A stretch of DNA of 64,000 bases from Candidatus Iainarchaeum sp. (GTDB lineage Archaea; Iainarchaeota; Iainarchaeia; Iainarchaeales; JAZDFD01): the NCBI GenBank assembly GCA_043808155.1, contig JAZDFD010000016.1, positions 15,785-79,784 of the forward strand, read 5' to 3'. Made by a program: the position numbers and the translations under genes. The notes below the pieces were generated by a model that saw only the letters and a program-made list of their open reading frames with translations, did no database searches and was not told the DNA's origin. Below are positions 28,431-39,009 of this stretch, piece after piece; within the stretch, counting starts at the first letter, position 1; every line of letters begins with the position of its first letter.

Positions 28431-29029
28431 TTTTTACTAATTCTTTTCCAAATAAAGAAACCAATTACCGTAAGCACACCCACAATAATCACAATATCAA
28501 TTACTGAAAACCAATCGCTAACCAACACCCAGTTCTCTTTCAGCAAAACTCCTGAATACGCAAGAGTCAAATTCCACAAAAAAGCACCCGCAAGAGTAAA
28601 AGTAACGAACTTTCTTTTCTGCATGCCTGCAAAACCCGCGGGAATGGAAATCACATGTCTAATTGCTGGCACAAATCTGCAAACAAAGATTGTAACACTG
28701 CCATGTTTCTCAAACCAGTTGTTTGCAATCTCAAAATCATGCTTACTAATGAATAAAAACTTCCCAATTTTCATTATTGTTTCCTGCTCAATTACTTTTC
28801 CGATCCAATATGAAAGTAATGATCCCCCCATACTCCCTAAAGTCGCAATCACAACAACTAACCAAAAATCAAATACCCCCTCCGCAGCTAAAAAACCCGC
28901 AAATGGCATAATTAACTCAGAAGGAACAGGCGCCATAGTGCTTTCCAGAAACATCAGCACAAAAACACCGGCATAACCCAATGTGCCTATTACTCCCAAA
29001 ACAAAATCAAGCATAAATTCAACAAGCAT
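28427..29029 (-). CDS. DedA family membrane protein
   Basis: LESTMAPVPSELIMPFAG, RFVPAIRHVISIPAG. Confidence 0.92.
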   Translation of the reverse strand: MLVEFMLDFVLGVIGTLGYAGVFVLMFLESTMAPVPSELIMPFAGFLAAEGVFDFWLVVVIATLGSMGGSLLSYWIGKVIEQETIMKIGKFLFISKHDFEIANNWFEKHGSVTIFVCRFVPAIRHVISIPAGFAGMQKRKFVTFTLAGAFLWNLTLAYSGVLLKENWVLVSDWFSVIDIVIIVGVLTVIGFFIWKRISKN

Positions 29030-29031
29030 AG

Positions 29032-29649
29032 TTACTCTTCCTCAATTTCCCCATTAGGTTTAACTTCATGGAATATCTGCGCCTGAAATTTAAAAATCTG
29101 TGTGTCGTCATCTTTCCATGCCTCGGATTTCAAACCTGCTTTTTGGCAGGTATGCTGAAGAAACTCTTCGGGTGTCCAATTATATTCAAACCCCACTTGC
29201 GGAAGCAACAACCCCGACTGATAACCCTTTCTAATAATCAATCCGTCTTTTCCAATTTCAATATGTTTTGCAATCCTGCCTTTACTAACTGTAATCTCTT
29301 CGGGAACTGTAAGAACTGAAATTTCAATCGTGATTTCATCCAGCTCATGCGTATCAATTTGCTGAAATCGAGTATCTGAAAAAGCAGCACTACTCGCAGC
29401 TTCAATAACGCCTAACCACAAAGGCATTACAGGTTCAGGAAAACCAATGCAACCTCTTAACTCCCCAGAAGGGAATTTCTCCAAAGTAACAAAAACACCA
29501 CGTTTGTCCAAGAATTTGCGAGGAATATCATCCTTATATTTCTGCCCAGTTGCCAGTGTATATTCAATTGATTTCCTTGCAACTTTCACTAGTTTCTGAG
29601 CATCTTCCAAGGAAAATTTTTTAGACATACTTAAATTACCTACAAACAA
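29032..29649 (-). CDS. AMMECR1 / AmmeMemoRadiSam protein A family
   Basis: GVFVTL...LRGCIG, DTRF, IEISVLT, GLLLPQV, CQKAGL. Confidence 0.9.
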   Translation of the reverse strand: MFVGNLSMSKKFSLEDAQKLVKVARKSIEYTLATGQKYKDDIPRKFLDKRGVFVTLEKFPSGELRGCIGFPEPVMPLWLGVIEAASSAAFSDTRFQQIDTHELDEITIEISVLTVPEEITVSKGRIAKHIEIGKDGLIIRKGYQSGLLLPQVGFEYNWTPEEFLQHTCQKAGLKSEAWKDDDTQIFKFQAQIFHEVKPNGEIEEE

Positions 29650-29718
29650 TCTTTATATTTGAGTGATTTATCATCCCTAAAATATATTAACTTAAAAAGC
29701 TCAATCTTAATGATTTGA

Positions 29719-30177
29719 ATGACTGAATTTAAGTTTGGGCACAAGTGGGGTGATCACAACACAATGGAATTGATTCGTAATGGGAAATCTATAGGATATA
29801 TCTCATGGACTGAAAAAAAGAGTTGGCTAAGCGGAAAAAAAACATGGAATGTAATGTGGCTAAAGGGCCCCCGACGTAGTTCAATTGAAATGATTGTAAA
29901 ATTATTATCTCTTGCTAAAGACCAAAAAATAGATTATATCAAACCATTTTCTGCAGGGGATGAAGTGAAAGCATTAATGAAGTCTTTGGAAAAGAAGAAG
30001 CTGATAAAAATCGCTCCTTTCAGAGGCATCGTTGTGAATTCGATTAAGTTAGATATGATGCTTTCTCCAAATAAAAAAAGACGCCCAAATTCGAGGAAGT
30101 CAATACCGCCAAAGGTTCATGTTACCCCTCACAACCCACACAATATAGACCCCGTCTTGGGAAGACGTATTCACTAA
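29719..30177 (+). CDS. Orphan basic hypothetical protein
   Basis: 152-aa ORF, TATA-like sequence upstream. Confidence 0.5.
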   Translation: MTEFKFGHKWGDHNTMELIRNGKSIGYISWTEKKSWLSGKKTWNVMWLKGPRRSSIEMIVKLLSLAKDQKIDYIKPFSAGDEVKALMKSLEKKKLIKIAPFRGIVVNSIKLDMMLSPNKKRRPNSRKSIPPKVHVTPHNPHNIDPVLGRRIH

Positions 30178-30268
30178 AAATCCTAATTTAAAAACATTTA
30201 AAGTATAATATAACACTTCCAACCACAAACATATTTAAGAATTTCCAGTTCACATATTACTGGTTGGA

Positions 30269-33200
30269 ATGCGGAGAGTTGGACTAGCGTTAGCAGCCTT
30301 AGTCATATTTGTGATTTTGGTTTCCGGATGCATTGACAAATTAAGTACTGAAGAAAGATTGCTTTGCATAGACCTCACTTCGAAAAGCTATGCATACATT
30401 CCAAAATGCACCACTCAAAATGATTGTTTTTCCAAAGTAGAAGAATCATTCTTTCATTTCAACACAGAAAACATTCCCTCTTCAACAGCACAAGAATTAT
30501 ATTACTTCAAAAACCATGTTGCACTTTCATGGTTATACTATAACAAATCTCTGAATAACATTTCAAAAATAAATGAAATCTGCTCATCAAACTCAAATCA
30601 CGAACAAATTTTAACACAACTTAATGAACTTAATTTCAATTTAACAAAAGCATTCGAAGAATCTGATAACGTGCATAAAAAAAGTTTCTCAATACTTCTC
30701 CTCGAAAAAATAAATCTAGAAAACGAATCAATAGAAGAAATCAAAGAAGAACCATTGTATGATTATTACATTTTACTCAACACAAACACAAATGAACTTT
30801 CAACTCTCGAAACTGAAAAAACAAATTCATATGTGTCATTCTATTTCCAGCAAATTGAAAAATTTGAAACACTAACACAAACAACAGGGTTTCAGAAAAT
30901 AACTGCGTCTTCATATACTCCAATTGATTTCATTGAAACATACAACAAATCAGTACTTGACCAAATTCCCGACACTGTCTTCTACATTCCTTTGATTAAA
31001 ACTGCAATAAGTTCTTCATTTTCATTCCTTAGTGATGCAACAAAAACAAGAACCGCGGTTTCACTTCTTTCAGCATATCCTTCCTTTGAATTCATCCAAA
31101 GTTATAATGATTTTATGGGAACCGAAAATTCATCTGTTAAAAAATTTGCAGAACTAATTTCTAAAGGGCAATCCTACAGACAAAATTTGACTGAATCTAA
31201 CACACAAATTCATTCTAAAATAGAAAAAAATCTCGGAGAAATAGAAATAAAAGTAAATTCTCTTTCCGAAATGCAAGATTTTGATGCTGATTTCTTTTCT
31301 GAAATTTATGCATTACTTGGTCAGAACAGCGAAATATCAACTCAAAAATATTCCATTTCAGACTTCTCAGACGCCAAATCTCTAGCATATGATGAATACC
31401 TGCGTCTCAGTTCAAAACATGCAGAACTGCAGAATGCAAAGAATCTAAATTCAATAACTCTTGGTGAAGAAACTCTTGAACTAAAATCCCTTCTAACAGG
31501 CACAAGCTCCCTGATTGAAAATTTGAATTATTTGGATTCAGAAATTCTAGATGGCCTCCACATCCTATGTAATGAGAGAATCACTCTTATTGAATCAGAA
31601 TTATCTTCCACACAAATTCCAGCAAACTTAATTTTAAAAATAACTGATCTAAAAACAAGATTAAATTATAAAATAAATCTTTTCAAAAAACAAACTAAAA
31701 ATGAAAAACTAAAAAACTGCAAATCAATTTCTGAAGATTATGAAAACTTCAAAATTGCATTATTAAATTTTGAAGACTACGAAACAAACACGGAATTAAA
31801 ACTCACTGAATGCACAACTTATCTTGACTCAGTTTTTGAAAGTTACAAACTCCTAATTTCAGAAGATTTTGATTTAGATGATCTTTACACACAATACAAA
31901 AAATTTAAGTCAATTCCACAACCATATTCTCATATTGATTCTGTAACAGCAAGCTGTGAATCAATCAAAAATTCGCTAAACTCATCTTTAAATTCAAATC
32001 AAAAACTTAAATCATTAACTGAAAATTACTCTATTGCGAATCAAAATCTCTTAAAATTAACCTCGCTTTATTCGCATTACTCTGAGTTTTCAAATACCAC
32101 GTCTCTAAAACAACTACAAAAACAATTCGATTCTATTGAAAGTTATTTTCCGGAAAGTGCACCTAACTTCTCAAAAATCCTGCCTGTTATTAATGAACTT
32201 AATGAAAATATTTTTTCATTAATTTCAGATTGTGAATCCAATTTGAAAACCTTCACAATTTCATATATCCAAAAAAATTTCCAATTAGAAACCTTTTCAG
32301 ACTCAATTCCAAATGCAAATGAATTATTCGAAACAAGAACAAAAATCATACTGCAAAATCCGTTCTTTGAAATTAATTCGCCTGTTGAATTCCAATTGCC
32401 CACCACACTTGAATTCTCAGAACTGATTTCAAAATCAACCAATGTTCTGAATGTAAAATCTGAAAAGAGCAAAATCACATTGGATTTACAAAAAATCCCG
32501 AAAGGAATCACTTTTTTCGAAGTTCTGTCAAAATCACTAATTCAAACCTCTGAAAAAACAGAATTACTTGTGGTTTCAGAACAGACTGCAATAATTCAAA
32601 AAACAATCTCCCTTGAAACAACCTCAAATCACCCAAAAATCAAAATCACCTCAAATTTAATGCCTGACGTATTCAAGATTTCCGATATTTTTGTCACCTC
32701 TTCTGAAAAAGAAGTCAATTTCTGGATGGAAAAAAATAATGTCTTCTTTTTCCTTGAAAATCCCTTAAAAAAAGCACAAATTTATTTCAGTGTTGCAGAT
32801 CCGATTCAAAAAGAAGTCAAACTAATTTCAAAATCCCAAAAAAATGATTTGTCTTCACTTTATGAATATGAAATAAAAGTGAAAAATCAGCTGCCATTTG
32901 AAATTTCTAAAATCACACTTAGTTTTCCAGTAAATACTGACTCAAAACTGCTCCAAAATGCAGATTTAAGCACTCTGGAGGGCAAGCACATTGATTTTAA
33001 GACCCTGCCTAATGGAAATATTGAAGCAACAATCCAAGCCATAAAACCAGGCCAATTAGGCATACTCCACTTAACCATTATTGTTGAAGACAGTTCACAA
33101 TACTGGACTGATTTTTTAGAAAAAATAAAAAATGCTCTGTCACTTTTAAAAAATTCCGAAAACCAAGAACTTTCCAGTGAGATTAATTCGCTTTTGAATG

Positions 33201-34474
33201 AACTTTCCAATTTTGAAGAAAATTTTTTTCAGGACAAAACCAAAATTGAAAGATTAACTCAAATTTCAGAAAAACTCTCTTTGTTGAAATCAAAAAACCA
33301 AGAATCCGCACAAAAAATCTTCCAATACACCTCTCTAAAAAATTCAATTAGCTTGGAAATTGAAACTCTCAAAAACTATGTCTCAAAATTTAATGAATTT
33401 GGCTTTACAGACTATGCAAACACTTTGTCCCAAACCCAACAAACCATTTATTCAAAATTAAATACTGCTGAACAACTATTTTCCGAATCAAAATACGATT
33501 CTGCAATAACAATTCTTTTTGAGATAAGGTCACTGCTTTCCGAGTCATCACCTCCTGAACTACCCGCTATTCTCCTTTCTGAAAAGTCAGAATTATTCCA
33601 AAAATATTCTCTTTTATCTGAACTTGCTGAAAAATATCAGTTATCTGACTTAACTAATTCAAAAAAAGACCAACTATCACTTTCTGATTCTAAAATTTCT
33701 GAACTAATTTCATCTGAAAATTACATTGGAGCGAAACAGGAACTGGCTTTATTAAATACTGAGCTTTCAGATTTTGAAACCGAAGTTTCATCAGGTCTAA
33801 AATCAAAATCTGAACTAATAAAATCAAATATTGATGCACTTTCTTTGGCATCATTTTCTGAATTAAAAACCAAAATTGAAATTTTAAGTTCTTTTTTTGA
33901 AGATGTTTCCGAGGAAGAATTAATTTCTGCACAGTATATCCCGCCAATAAATCAAAAAAGATTAGAAAAACTTTCACTAAAATTAGATTCGCTAATCTCA
34001 ACTGATTTAAGAGCTAAGTTTGATAATTTTTCAAGTTTGCATAATCAGCAAAAATATAGTGAAGCACTTTCACAAGCAGAATTGTTTTCTGATGTTCTTG
34101 ATGCAAAGCTTTCAGAAAGAACTGCACTTTCGTCTGAAATAACCAATGCTTATGATTCAATCAAAGAACAGGCTGTTGTTTCTTTCAATTCCGCAGTAAA
34201 ACTTTTCGAAGACTCAGATTTCAATCTCGAAGCTCAACAGAAATTAGAACTCGCAGAGTCGTCTCTTGAAAACAACCAGTTTCTGAAATCAATAGTTCTT
34301 TCGAGTTCTGCAACTGGTTTAATTTCAGCTTCAAAATTTCAAATTCCCGAAATACCGGTTGCAGTTTATCCTATAATTCTCGCAGCAGTCATCATTCTCA
34401 CACTCAGGTTTCGCAAAAAGAAACAGTCTGAAAATCAGAAAATACGCACACAGAAAGTACTCCGCAACTGGTAA
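30269..34474 (+). CDS. Large (1401 aa) surface protein, lipobox-like N-terminus and C-terminal TM anchor
   Basis: LVSGC, helical/coiled-coil and beta segments, C-terminal TM followed by RKKK. Confidence 0.75.
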   Translation: MRRVGLALAALVIFVILVSGCIDKLSTEERLLCIDLTSKSYAYIPKCTTQNDCFSKVEESFFHFNTENIPSSTAQELYYFKNHVALSWLYYNKSLNNISKINEICSSNSNHEQILTQLNELNFNLTKAFEESDNVHKKSFSILLLEKINLENESIEEIKEEPLYDYYILLNTNTNELSTLETEKTNSYVSFYFQQIEKFETLTQTTGFQKITASSYTPIDFIETYNKSVLDQIPDTVFYIPLIKTAISSSFSFLSDATKTRTAVSLLSAYPSFEFIQSYNDFMGTENSSVKKFAELISKGQSYRQNLTESNTQIHSKIEKNLGEIEIKVNSLSEMQDFDADFFSEIYALLGQNSEISTQKYSISDFSDAKSLAYDEYLRLSSKHAELQNAKNLNSITLGEETLELKSLLTGTSSLIENLNYLDSEILDGLHILCNERITLIESELSSTQIPANLILKITDLKTRLNYKINLFKKQTKNEKLKNCKSISEDYENFKIALLNFEDYETNTELKLTECTTYLDSVFESYKLLISEDFDLDDLYTQYKKFKSIPQPYSHIDSVTASCESIKNSLNSSLNSNQKLKSLTENYSIANQNLLKLTSLYSHYSEFSNTTSLKQLQKQFDSIESYFPESAPNFSKILPVINELNENIFSLISDCESNLKTFTISYIQKNFQLETFSDSIPNANELFETRTKIILQNPFFEINSPVEFQLPTTLEFSELISKSTNVLNVKSEKSKITLDLQKIPKGITFFEVLSKSLIQTSEKTELLVVSEQTAIIQKTISLETTSNHPKIKITSNLMPDVFKISDIFVTSSEKEVNFWMEKNNVFFFLENPLKKAQIYFSVADPIQKEVKLISKSQKNDLSSLYEYEIKVKNQLPFEISKITLSFPVNTDSKLLQNADLSTLEGKHIDFKTLPNGNIEATIQAIKPGQLGILHLTIIVEDSSQYWTDFLEKIKNALSLLKNSENQELSSEINSLLNELSNFEENFFQDKTKIERLTQISEKLSLLKSKNQESAQKIFQYTSLKNSISLEIETLKNYVSKFNEFGFTDYANTLSQTQQTIYSKLNTAEQLFSESKYDSAITILFEIRSLLSESSPPELPAILLSEKSELFQKYSLLSELAEKYQLSDLTNSKKDQLSLSDSKISELISSENYIGAKQELALLNTELSDFETEVSSGLKSKSELIKSNIDALSLASFSELKTKIEILSSFFEDVSEEELISAQYIPPINQKRLEKLSLKLDSLISTDLRAKFDNFSSLHNQQKYSEALSQAELFSDVLDAKLSERTALSSEITNAYDSIKEQAVVSFNSAVKLFEDSDFNLEAQQKLELAESSLENNQFLKSIVLSSSATGLISASKFQIPEIPVAVYPIILAAVIILTLRFRKKKQSENQKIRTQKVLRNW

Positions 34475-34605
34475 GCTCTAAAAAATCCAAAAAACAGCCC
34501 ATTATCTTTTTTCATTCTTATATAGAAACTATTATAAAATTAGAACTAATATTAATACGGGGGATGAGGAGCTAATGCTTCAAAATCCACTTACATAAAT
34601 AGTTA

Positions 34606-37473
34606 GTGGTGTTGATGAAAAAGGTATTGTTAGCCGTATTTGTACTGTTTTTACTTATTGCATTCACTTCATCCGCATTCGCAATCCAGCAGTTAATGGC
34701 ACTTCACGGACAGGTTACTGATACTGGAAACCCAATAGTGAGCGGAAATTTAAGAGTTTACATTTATGATGATCCCACTGCAGGAAACCTAATTTATGAT
34801 TCAGCTTCAGATTATGATGGGTCAATTGTAAATGGAATTTTTGATGTAATGCTTGGAGATAATACAACACTTGACCTTAACTACGGAACTCATTACTACA
34901 TGGATTTAGCTGTTGATGGAACTGATTTAGATTTTGGTGCAAATGAAAGACAAAGATTTGAATCATCACACGGACTAGTACGAACAAATTCAATTATGGA
35001 TGGTACAATTGCAAATGCAGACATTGCATCAGATGCTGCAATTGCCTGGTCAAAAGTTTCAAAAACTGGTTCAAATCTTTCTGACATTGGCTGGGATTCT
35101 GATTTTAATACTGCATTTGTTACAGAAGCAGATGGAAATAATTTATATGTTCTTCAAACAGATGGAAACACTTGGTATTACAATAGAACAGATGTGAATT
35201 CACTTTTTGTTAAACAAGCAGATGGAAATGTATGGTATCCGCGCTTAACAGAAAGTGAAACAATAACTGGAACTTGGGACTTTACAAACTCAACAACTTT
35301 TTCAGGTGGCTTTGGAAGTAATGGTGCAACAATCCAAGATGGAATTCTTTACGTACAATCAATTGTAATTGTAAATGATTTCAATGCTGCAACTGTTCAG
35401 GGAATTGACATTAACGGACATCACACTCCTTCAATTGACAACACATGGGATTTAGGTTCTGATACAAAAACTTGGAGAACAATTTACGGAACAGATGCAA
35501 ACTTCACAACAATTTCAGTTCCTGCAGATGCAATCACTTGGACATTTGTAAATAAATCAGGGAGTAACTTAACTGACATCGAAACCCGAAACCATAATGA
35601 TTTGCAGAGCATGGATGGCGGAACAACTGCAGAATATTATCACTTAACAAACACGCAACACTCTAACTTAACTGCATTAAATGGTGTATGGGTTACAATA
35701 AATTCCAATTCAGGGTCAACTTCTGCAAACGCATTCCCTGACACATTAAACATTTATGGTTCTGACGACATTAATGTTTCAATTTCAGGAGACACAGTCA
35801 CAATTGATTACAATGGTTCTGTTGCTGGTTCAATAACTGACACAAATTGGTCAACCTCATGGTCAGTATTTGATACAAATTTAAGTAATTATTACTGGAA
35901 ACAATCTGATTTGAATGCATATCTCCCACTAACTTATTACACTCAAACAGATGCAAACAATGTATTTGTAAAGATTTCAGATACTAACAACACAGGCAGA
36001 TTAACCTACACAGTAATCGCAGACGCACCATGGACTACATCTGACACAACAGGAATCCTGTGGGCAGAACTGGATGCACTGACACCATGGGCAGATGGAA
36101 ACGTAGCAGATGACATTACATTAACAAATCTGACACAAATAACAACAAGAGCATACAGCGATTTACAAGGAACGCCATACATTCCAACAGAAGCAGCAAT
36201 AGATGCAAACGCACAAGCACTAATTAACGCATCTGACACAAACGCAGCAACAGCATGTGATAATCAGGAAGTACTCCTAGGTGACGGAACATGCCTGAGC
36301 AGATTCACATTAGACACAAACATCGCTGCAGGCGCAACAGGAATCCTGTGGGCAGAACTGGATGCACTGACACCATGGGCAGATGGAAACGTAGCAGATG
36401 ACATTACATTAACAAACATTTCACAAATCACAACAAAACCAATCTGGTCATTAGGCAATGTAGCAGATCTAAACCTCGTATTTGTAAAACAAAGTGATGG
36501 AAATACATGGTACATAAAAACCGCAGACGCAAACACAGCAGGAAGATTAACATACACAGTAATCGCAGACGCACCATGGACTACATCTGACACAACAGGA
36601 ATCCTGTGGGCAGAACTGGATGCACTGACACCATGGGCAGATGGAAACGTAGCAGATGACATTACATTAACAAACGTAACCCAAATAACAAACAGAAACA
36701 TATGGGACATGACAAATGTCAGCGATTTAGCAATTGACACAAACGCAGCAACAGCATGTGATAATCAGGAAGTATTGCTGGGTGACGGAACATGCCTGAG
36801 CAGATTTGTACTGGACACTAATATAGCGGGGGGTAGCTCAACCGATAGTAATGTTTGGACAGATAAATTCTTAGATGATACAAATAAATTAGTTGCAGAT
36901 TGGAATGCAGGAAATGTGGAACTTGAGGTTAGAGATATAAGTGTAGGAACTAATATAACTGTAAGAGGAAACATTAGTGCAGTTGGAGATCTAGATGTTA
37001 TAGGAGATGCAAATATTGGAACTTACTCTGCACCAAACCAACCAATGTTTAGAGCGTTTATGACTTCTGCAATGTCGGATCTAACTAATAATGTATGGAC
37101 CGAAGTGAATATTGATGATGACAGTGGTACTGTTGGATTTGACCCCAAAAATAAGTTTAACACTACAACTCATGCTTATACTCCTGTAGAAGAGGGATAT
37201 TATTTAGTTTATGGTCAGGCTTATTGGAGCACTAATATTACAACTAACAAAAGATACAATTGTTCCATCTATAAAAATGGTGCATCTGTATCATTGGATA
37301 GTGTACATTCAAGTGATGCTGCTGCTTATCTTATGTGCAGAGTTACAGATTTAATTTATTTAGATAGTAACGATTACATTGAATTCTATGTTAGATCATT
37401 ATCTGGAGACAATACTGCGGATATTGCAGGCGGAACAACAGCAACATATTTCTTTGCCCACAAGATTTCATAA
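34606..37473 (+). CDS. Secreted fibre/adhesin-like protein with internal repeats and a C1q-like C-terminal domain
   Basis: Signal peptide; 10-aa [FY]xxxxDxNx[LW] repeats; duplicated modules; C-terminal FNTTTHAYTP..EGYY...IYKNG...LIYLDSNDYIEFY. Confidence 0.72.
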   Translation: MVLMKKVLLAVFVLFLLIAFTSSAFAIQQLMALHGQVTDTGNPIVSGNLRVYIYDDPTAGNLIYDSASDYDGSIVNGIFDVMLGDNTTLDLNYGTHYYMDLAVDGTDLDFGANERQRFESSHGLVRTNSIMDGTIANADIASDAAIAWSKVSKTGSNLSDIGWDSDFNTAFVTEADGNNLYVLQTDGNTWYYNRTDVNSLFVKQADGNVWYPRLTESETITGTWDFTNSTTFSGGFGSNGATIQDGILYVQSIVIVNDFNAATVQGIDINGHHTPSIDNTWDLGSDTKTWRTIYGTDANFTTISVPADAITWTFVNKSGSNLTDIETRNHNDLQSMDGGTTAEYYHLTNTQHSNLTALNGVWVTINSNSGSTSANAFPDTLNIYGSDDINVSISGDTVTIDYNGSVAGSITDTNWSTSWSVFDTNLSNYYWKQSDLNAYLPLTYYTQTDANNVFVKISDTNNTGRLTYTVIADAPWTTSDTTGILWAELDALTPWADGNVADDITLTNLTQITTRAYSDLQGTPYIPTEAAIDANAQALINASDTNAATACDNQEVLLGDGTCLSRFTLDTNIAAGATGILWAELDALTPWADGNVADDITLTNISQITTKPIWSLGNVADLNLVFVKQSDGNTWYIKTADANTAGRLTYTVIADAPWTTSDTTGILWAELDALTPWADGNVADDITLTNVTQITNRNIWDMTNVSDLAIDTNAATACDNQEVLLGDGTCLSRFVLDTNIAGGSSTDSNVWTDKFLDDTNKLVADWNAGNVELEVRDISVGTNITVRGNISAVGDLDVIGDANIGTYSAPNQPMFRAFMTSAMSDLTNNVWTEVNIDDDSGTVGFDPKNKFNTTTHAYTPVEEGYYLVYGQAYWSTNITTNKRYNCSIYKNGASVSLDSVHSSDAAAYLMCRVTDLIYLDSNDYIEFYVRSLSGDNTADIAGGTTATYFFAHKIS
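36007..36806. repeat. Near-identical intragenic DNA repeats
   Basis: 82-bp unit at 36047, 36335 and 36593 (copies 1 and 3 identical over 36007-36128 / 36553-36674); second unit at 36235-36305 and 36736-36806. Confidence 0.9.
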
Positions 37474-37490
37474 TTACTGAAGGTGATAAA

Positions 37491-37895
37491 ATGAGTGATG
37501 AATTAAAAGTTTCAAAAAAGAAAATAACATTAGCATTAGTGATTTTAGGAGCGTTAGTAATTGGTTTTGTTGCAGGAACATTTTTTGCACCAACTGCACC
37601 CGTTTCTGAAATTCAATCGCAAACATACAACTTAACAGAAGAAGATAAACAATTCCTTCGGAATTTAGCAAATACAGAAGTTTCAGCAATTATCTCCCAA
37701 TCCGCTCAAACTGATTGGTGCACAGTAAATGGCGGAATATGGAATCAAAGCACAGACGAAGGTTTCTTTGAGATAAATAAAGAAATTTCAGATGAATTAA
37801 AATCACAAGGTGTTACAATCACAGAAACCGAAGGCAAATATTTTGCACCAGTAAGTTTTGTAAAAAGAGACGGATGTATCATTCCAAAAAAGTGA
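37491..37895 (+). CDS. Membrane-anchored hypothetical protein
   Basis: GGTGA SD, N-terminal TM. Confidence 0.65.
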   Translation: MSDELKVSKKKITLALVILGALVIGFVAGTFFAPTAPVSEIQSQTYNLTEEDKQFLRNLANTEVSAIISQSAQTDWCTVNGGIWNQSTDEGFFEINKEISDELKSQGVTITETEGKYFAPVSFVKRDGCIIPKK

Positions 37896-37899
37896 TTGA

Positions 37900-38676
37900 A
37901 TGAAAAAAATACTCCTGATATTTGGATTGCTTATTGTAATGAACTTTGCATTAACTGATGATTCAAATTCAGGAGGTACTAATTCACTCCCTGACTTTAA
38001 TGTAGAGGATTACAACATCCCGGATTTCAATATCCCCGACTTAAATGTGTCCAATACAAACATCATTGACTTCAACATTCCAGATTTAAACATCATTAAT
38101 CCAATCCTTGACTTAAATGCAATTGATTTCAATTCAATGTCTTTTGAATGCGAGTCACTTTCAATTTGTGATGAAAACACAATAATTTACTTCAATTGCT
38201 CTGATTTGAATATTTCAGACTTAAACTGCATTTGGATAAATCAGTTAGATGATTTGAATTACACGCATTACCTTGCTCAAGATGCATGTATTGAAGACCA
38301 AGGTTATGAAATTGAAGAAATTTCTGAAGATGGAAATGAAGAAGACACAAATGAATTGGAAGATGCAGCAACAACTGAAGACAAAACAGACAATTTAGAA
38401 AATGAAACATTAGACATTGAAGAAACAGCTGACAAAACTATAGATGATACGAACACATTAAACTGGCTATTAAACGGGATTTTAGAAATTATTGAAGAAA
38501 CAATTGATACTTTTGTTGACGAATTAATAACGCCCATTGTTGAAGCAATTTCAGGAGTTCCAGCACCAAAAGAATTCAAACTTGCAGAAAAAGACGTTCA
38601 GGTTGATGGAAAGTCTGCAAAATGCTTTGGAGTTGCATGTGATAGAATTCCAAAAAATTTAGGTGGTTCTGAATGA
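37900..38676 (+). CDS. Secreted acidic low-complexity protein rich in D-x-N
   Basis: Signal peptide, repeated D[FLY]N[IV]P. Confidence 0.65.
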   Translation: MKKILLIFGLLIVMNFALTDDSNSGGTNSLPDFNVEDYNIPDFNIPDLNVSNTNIIDFNIPDLNIINPILDLNAIDFNSMSFECESLSICDENTIIYFNCSDLNISDLNCIWINQLDDLNYTHYLAQDACIEDQGYEIEEISEDGNEEDTNELEDAATTEDKTDNLENETLDIEETADKTIDDTNTLNWLLNGILEIIEETIDTFVDELITPIVEAISGVPAPKEFKLAEKDVQVDGKSAKCFGVACDRIPKNLGGSE

Positions 38677-38990
38677 GGAAAGGACTAATAGTGTTGACAT
38701 TGTTAGGTTTTCTTCTGTTTGGATGCTTACAAAATGCTCCTGAAAAATCAACTGATGAAAAAATATCAGAAGTCTTTAAAATAATGAGTGAAAAATATCC
38801 GAAGGATGAAATTCCGCAAATCACATTAATTGAAAATGCAGATGAATTAAAATCACAACAGCAAGTAATTTACAAAAATGCAGAAAACGGAATGTTCATT
38901 GTGCAGTGGCCTGACTTGTTAGTAATTTATGATTATGAAAATCAAGAAGTTGTGCAAGAACTTGCAATAACAAATGTAAATTTAGGTTAG
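38673..38990 (+). CDS. Small lipoprotein-like protein
   Basis: LFGC lipobox-like motif; overlaps the upstream stop. Confidence 0.6.
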   Translation: MRKGLIVLTLLGFLLFGCLQNAPEKSTDEKISEVFKIMSEKYPKDEIPQITLIENADELKSQQQVIYKNAENGMFIVQWPDLLVIYDYENQEVVQELAITNVNLG

Positions 38991-39009
38991 TGTTTATTGA
39001 GTTGAATTA

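Noticed and set aside
29032-29649. Complete AmmeMemoRadiSam system
   Set aside because: Only the AMMECR1-like protein is present; the radical SAM at 16260 is a B12-binding type and unlinked.
36007-36806. CRISPR array or DGR template/variable repeat
   Set aside because: Repeats are in-frame coding modules with irregular spacing; differences are not adenine-specific; no cas or reverse transcriptase gene is present.
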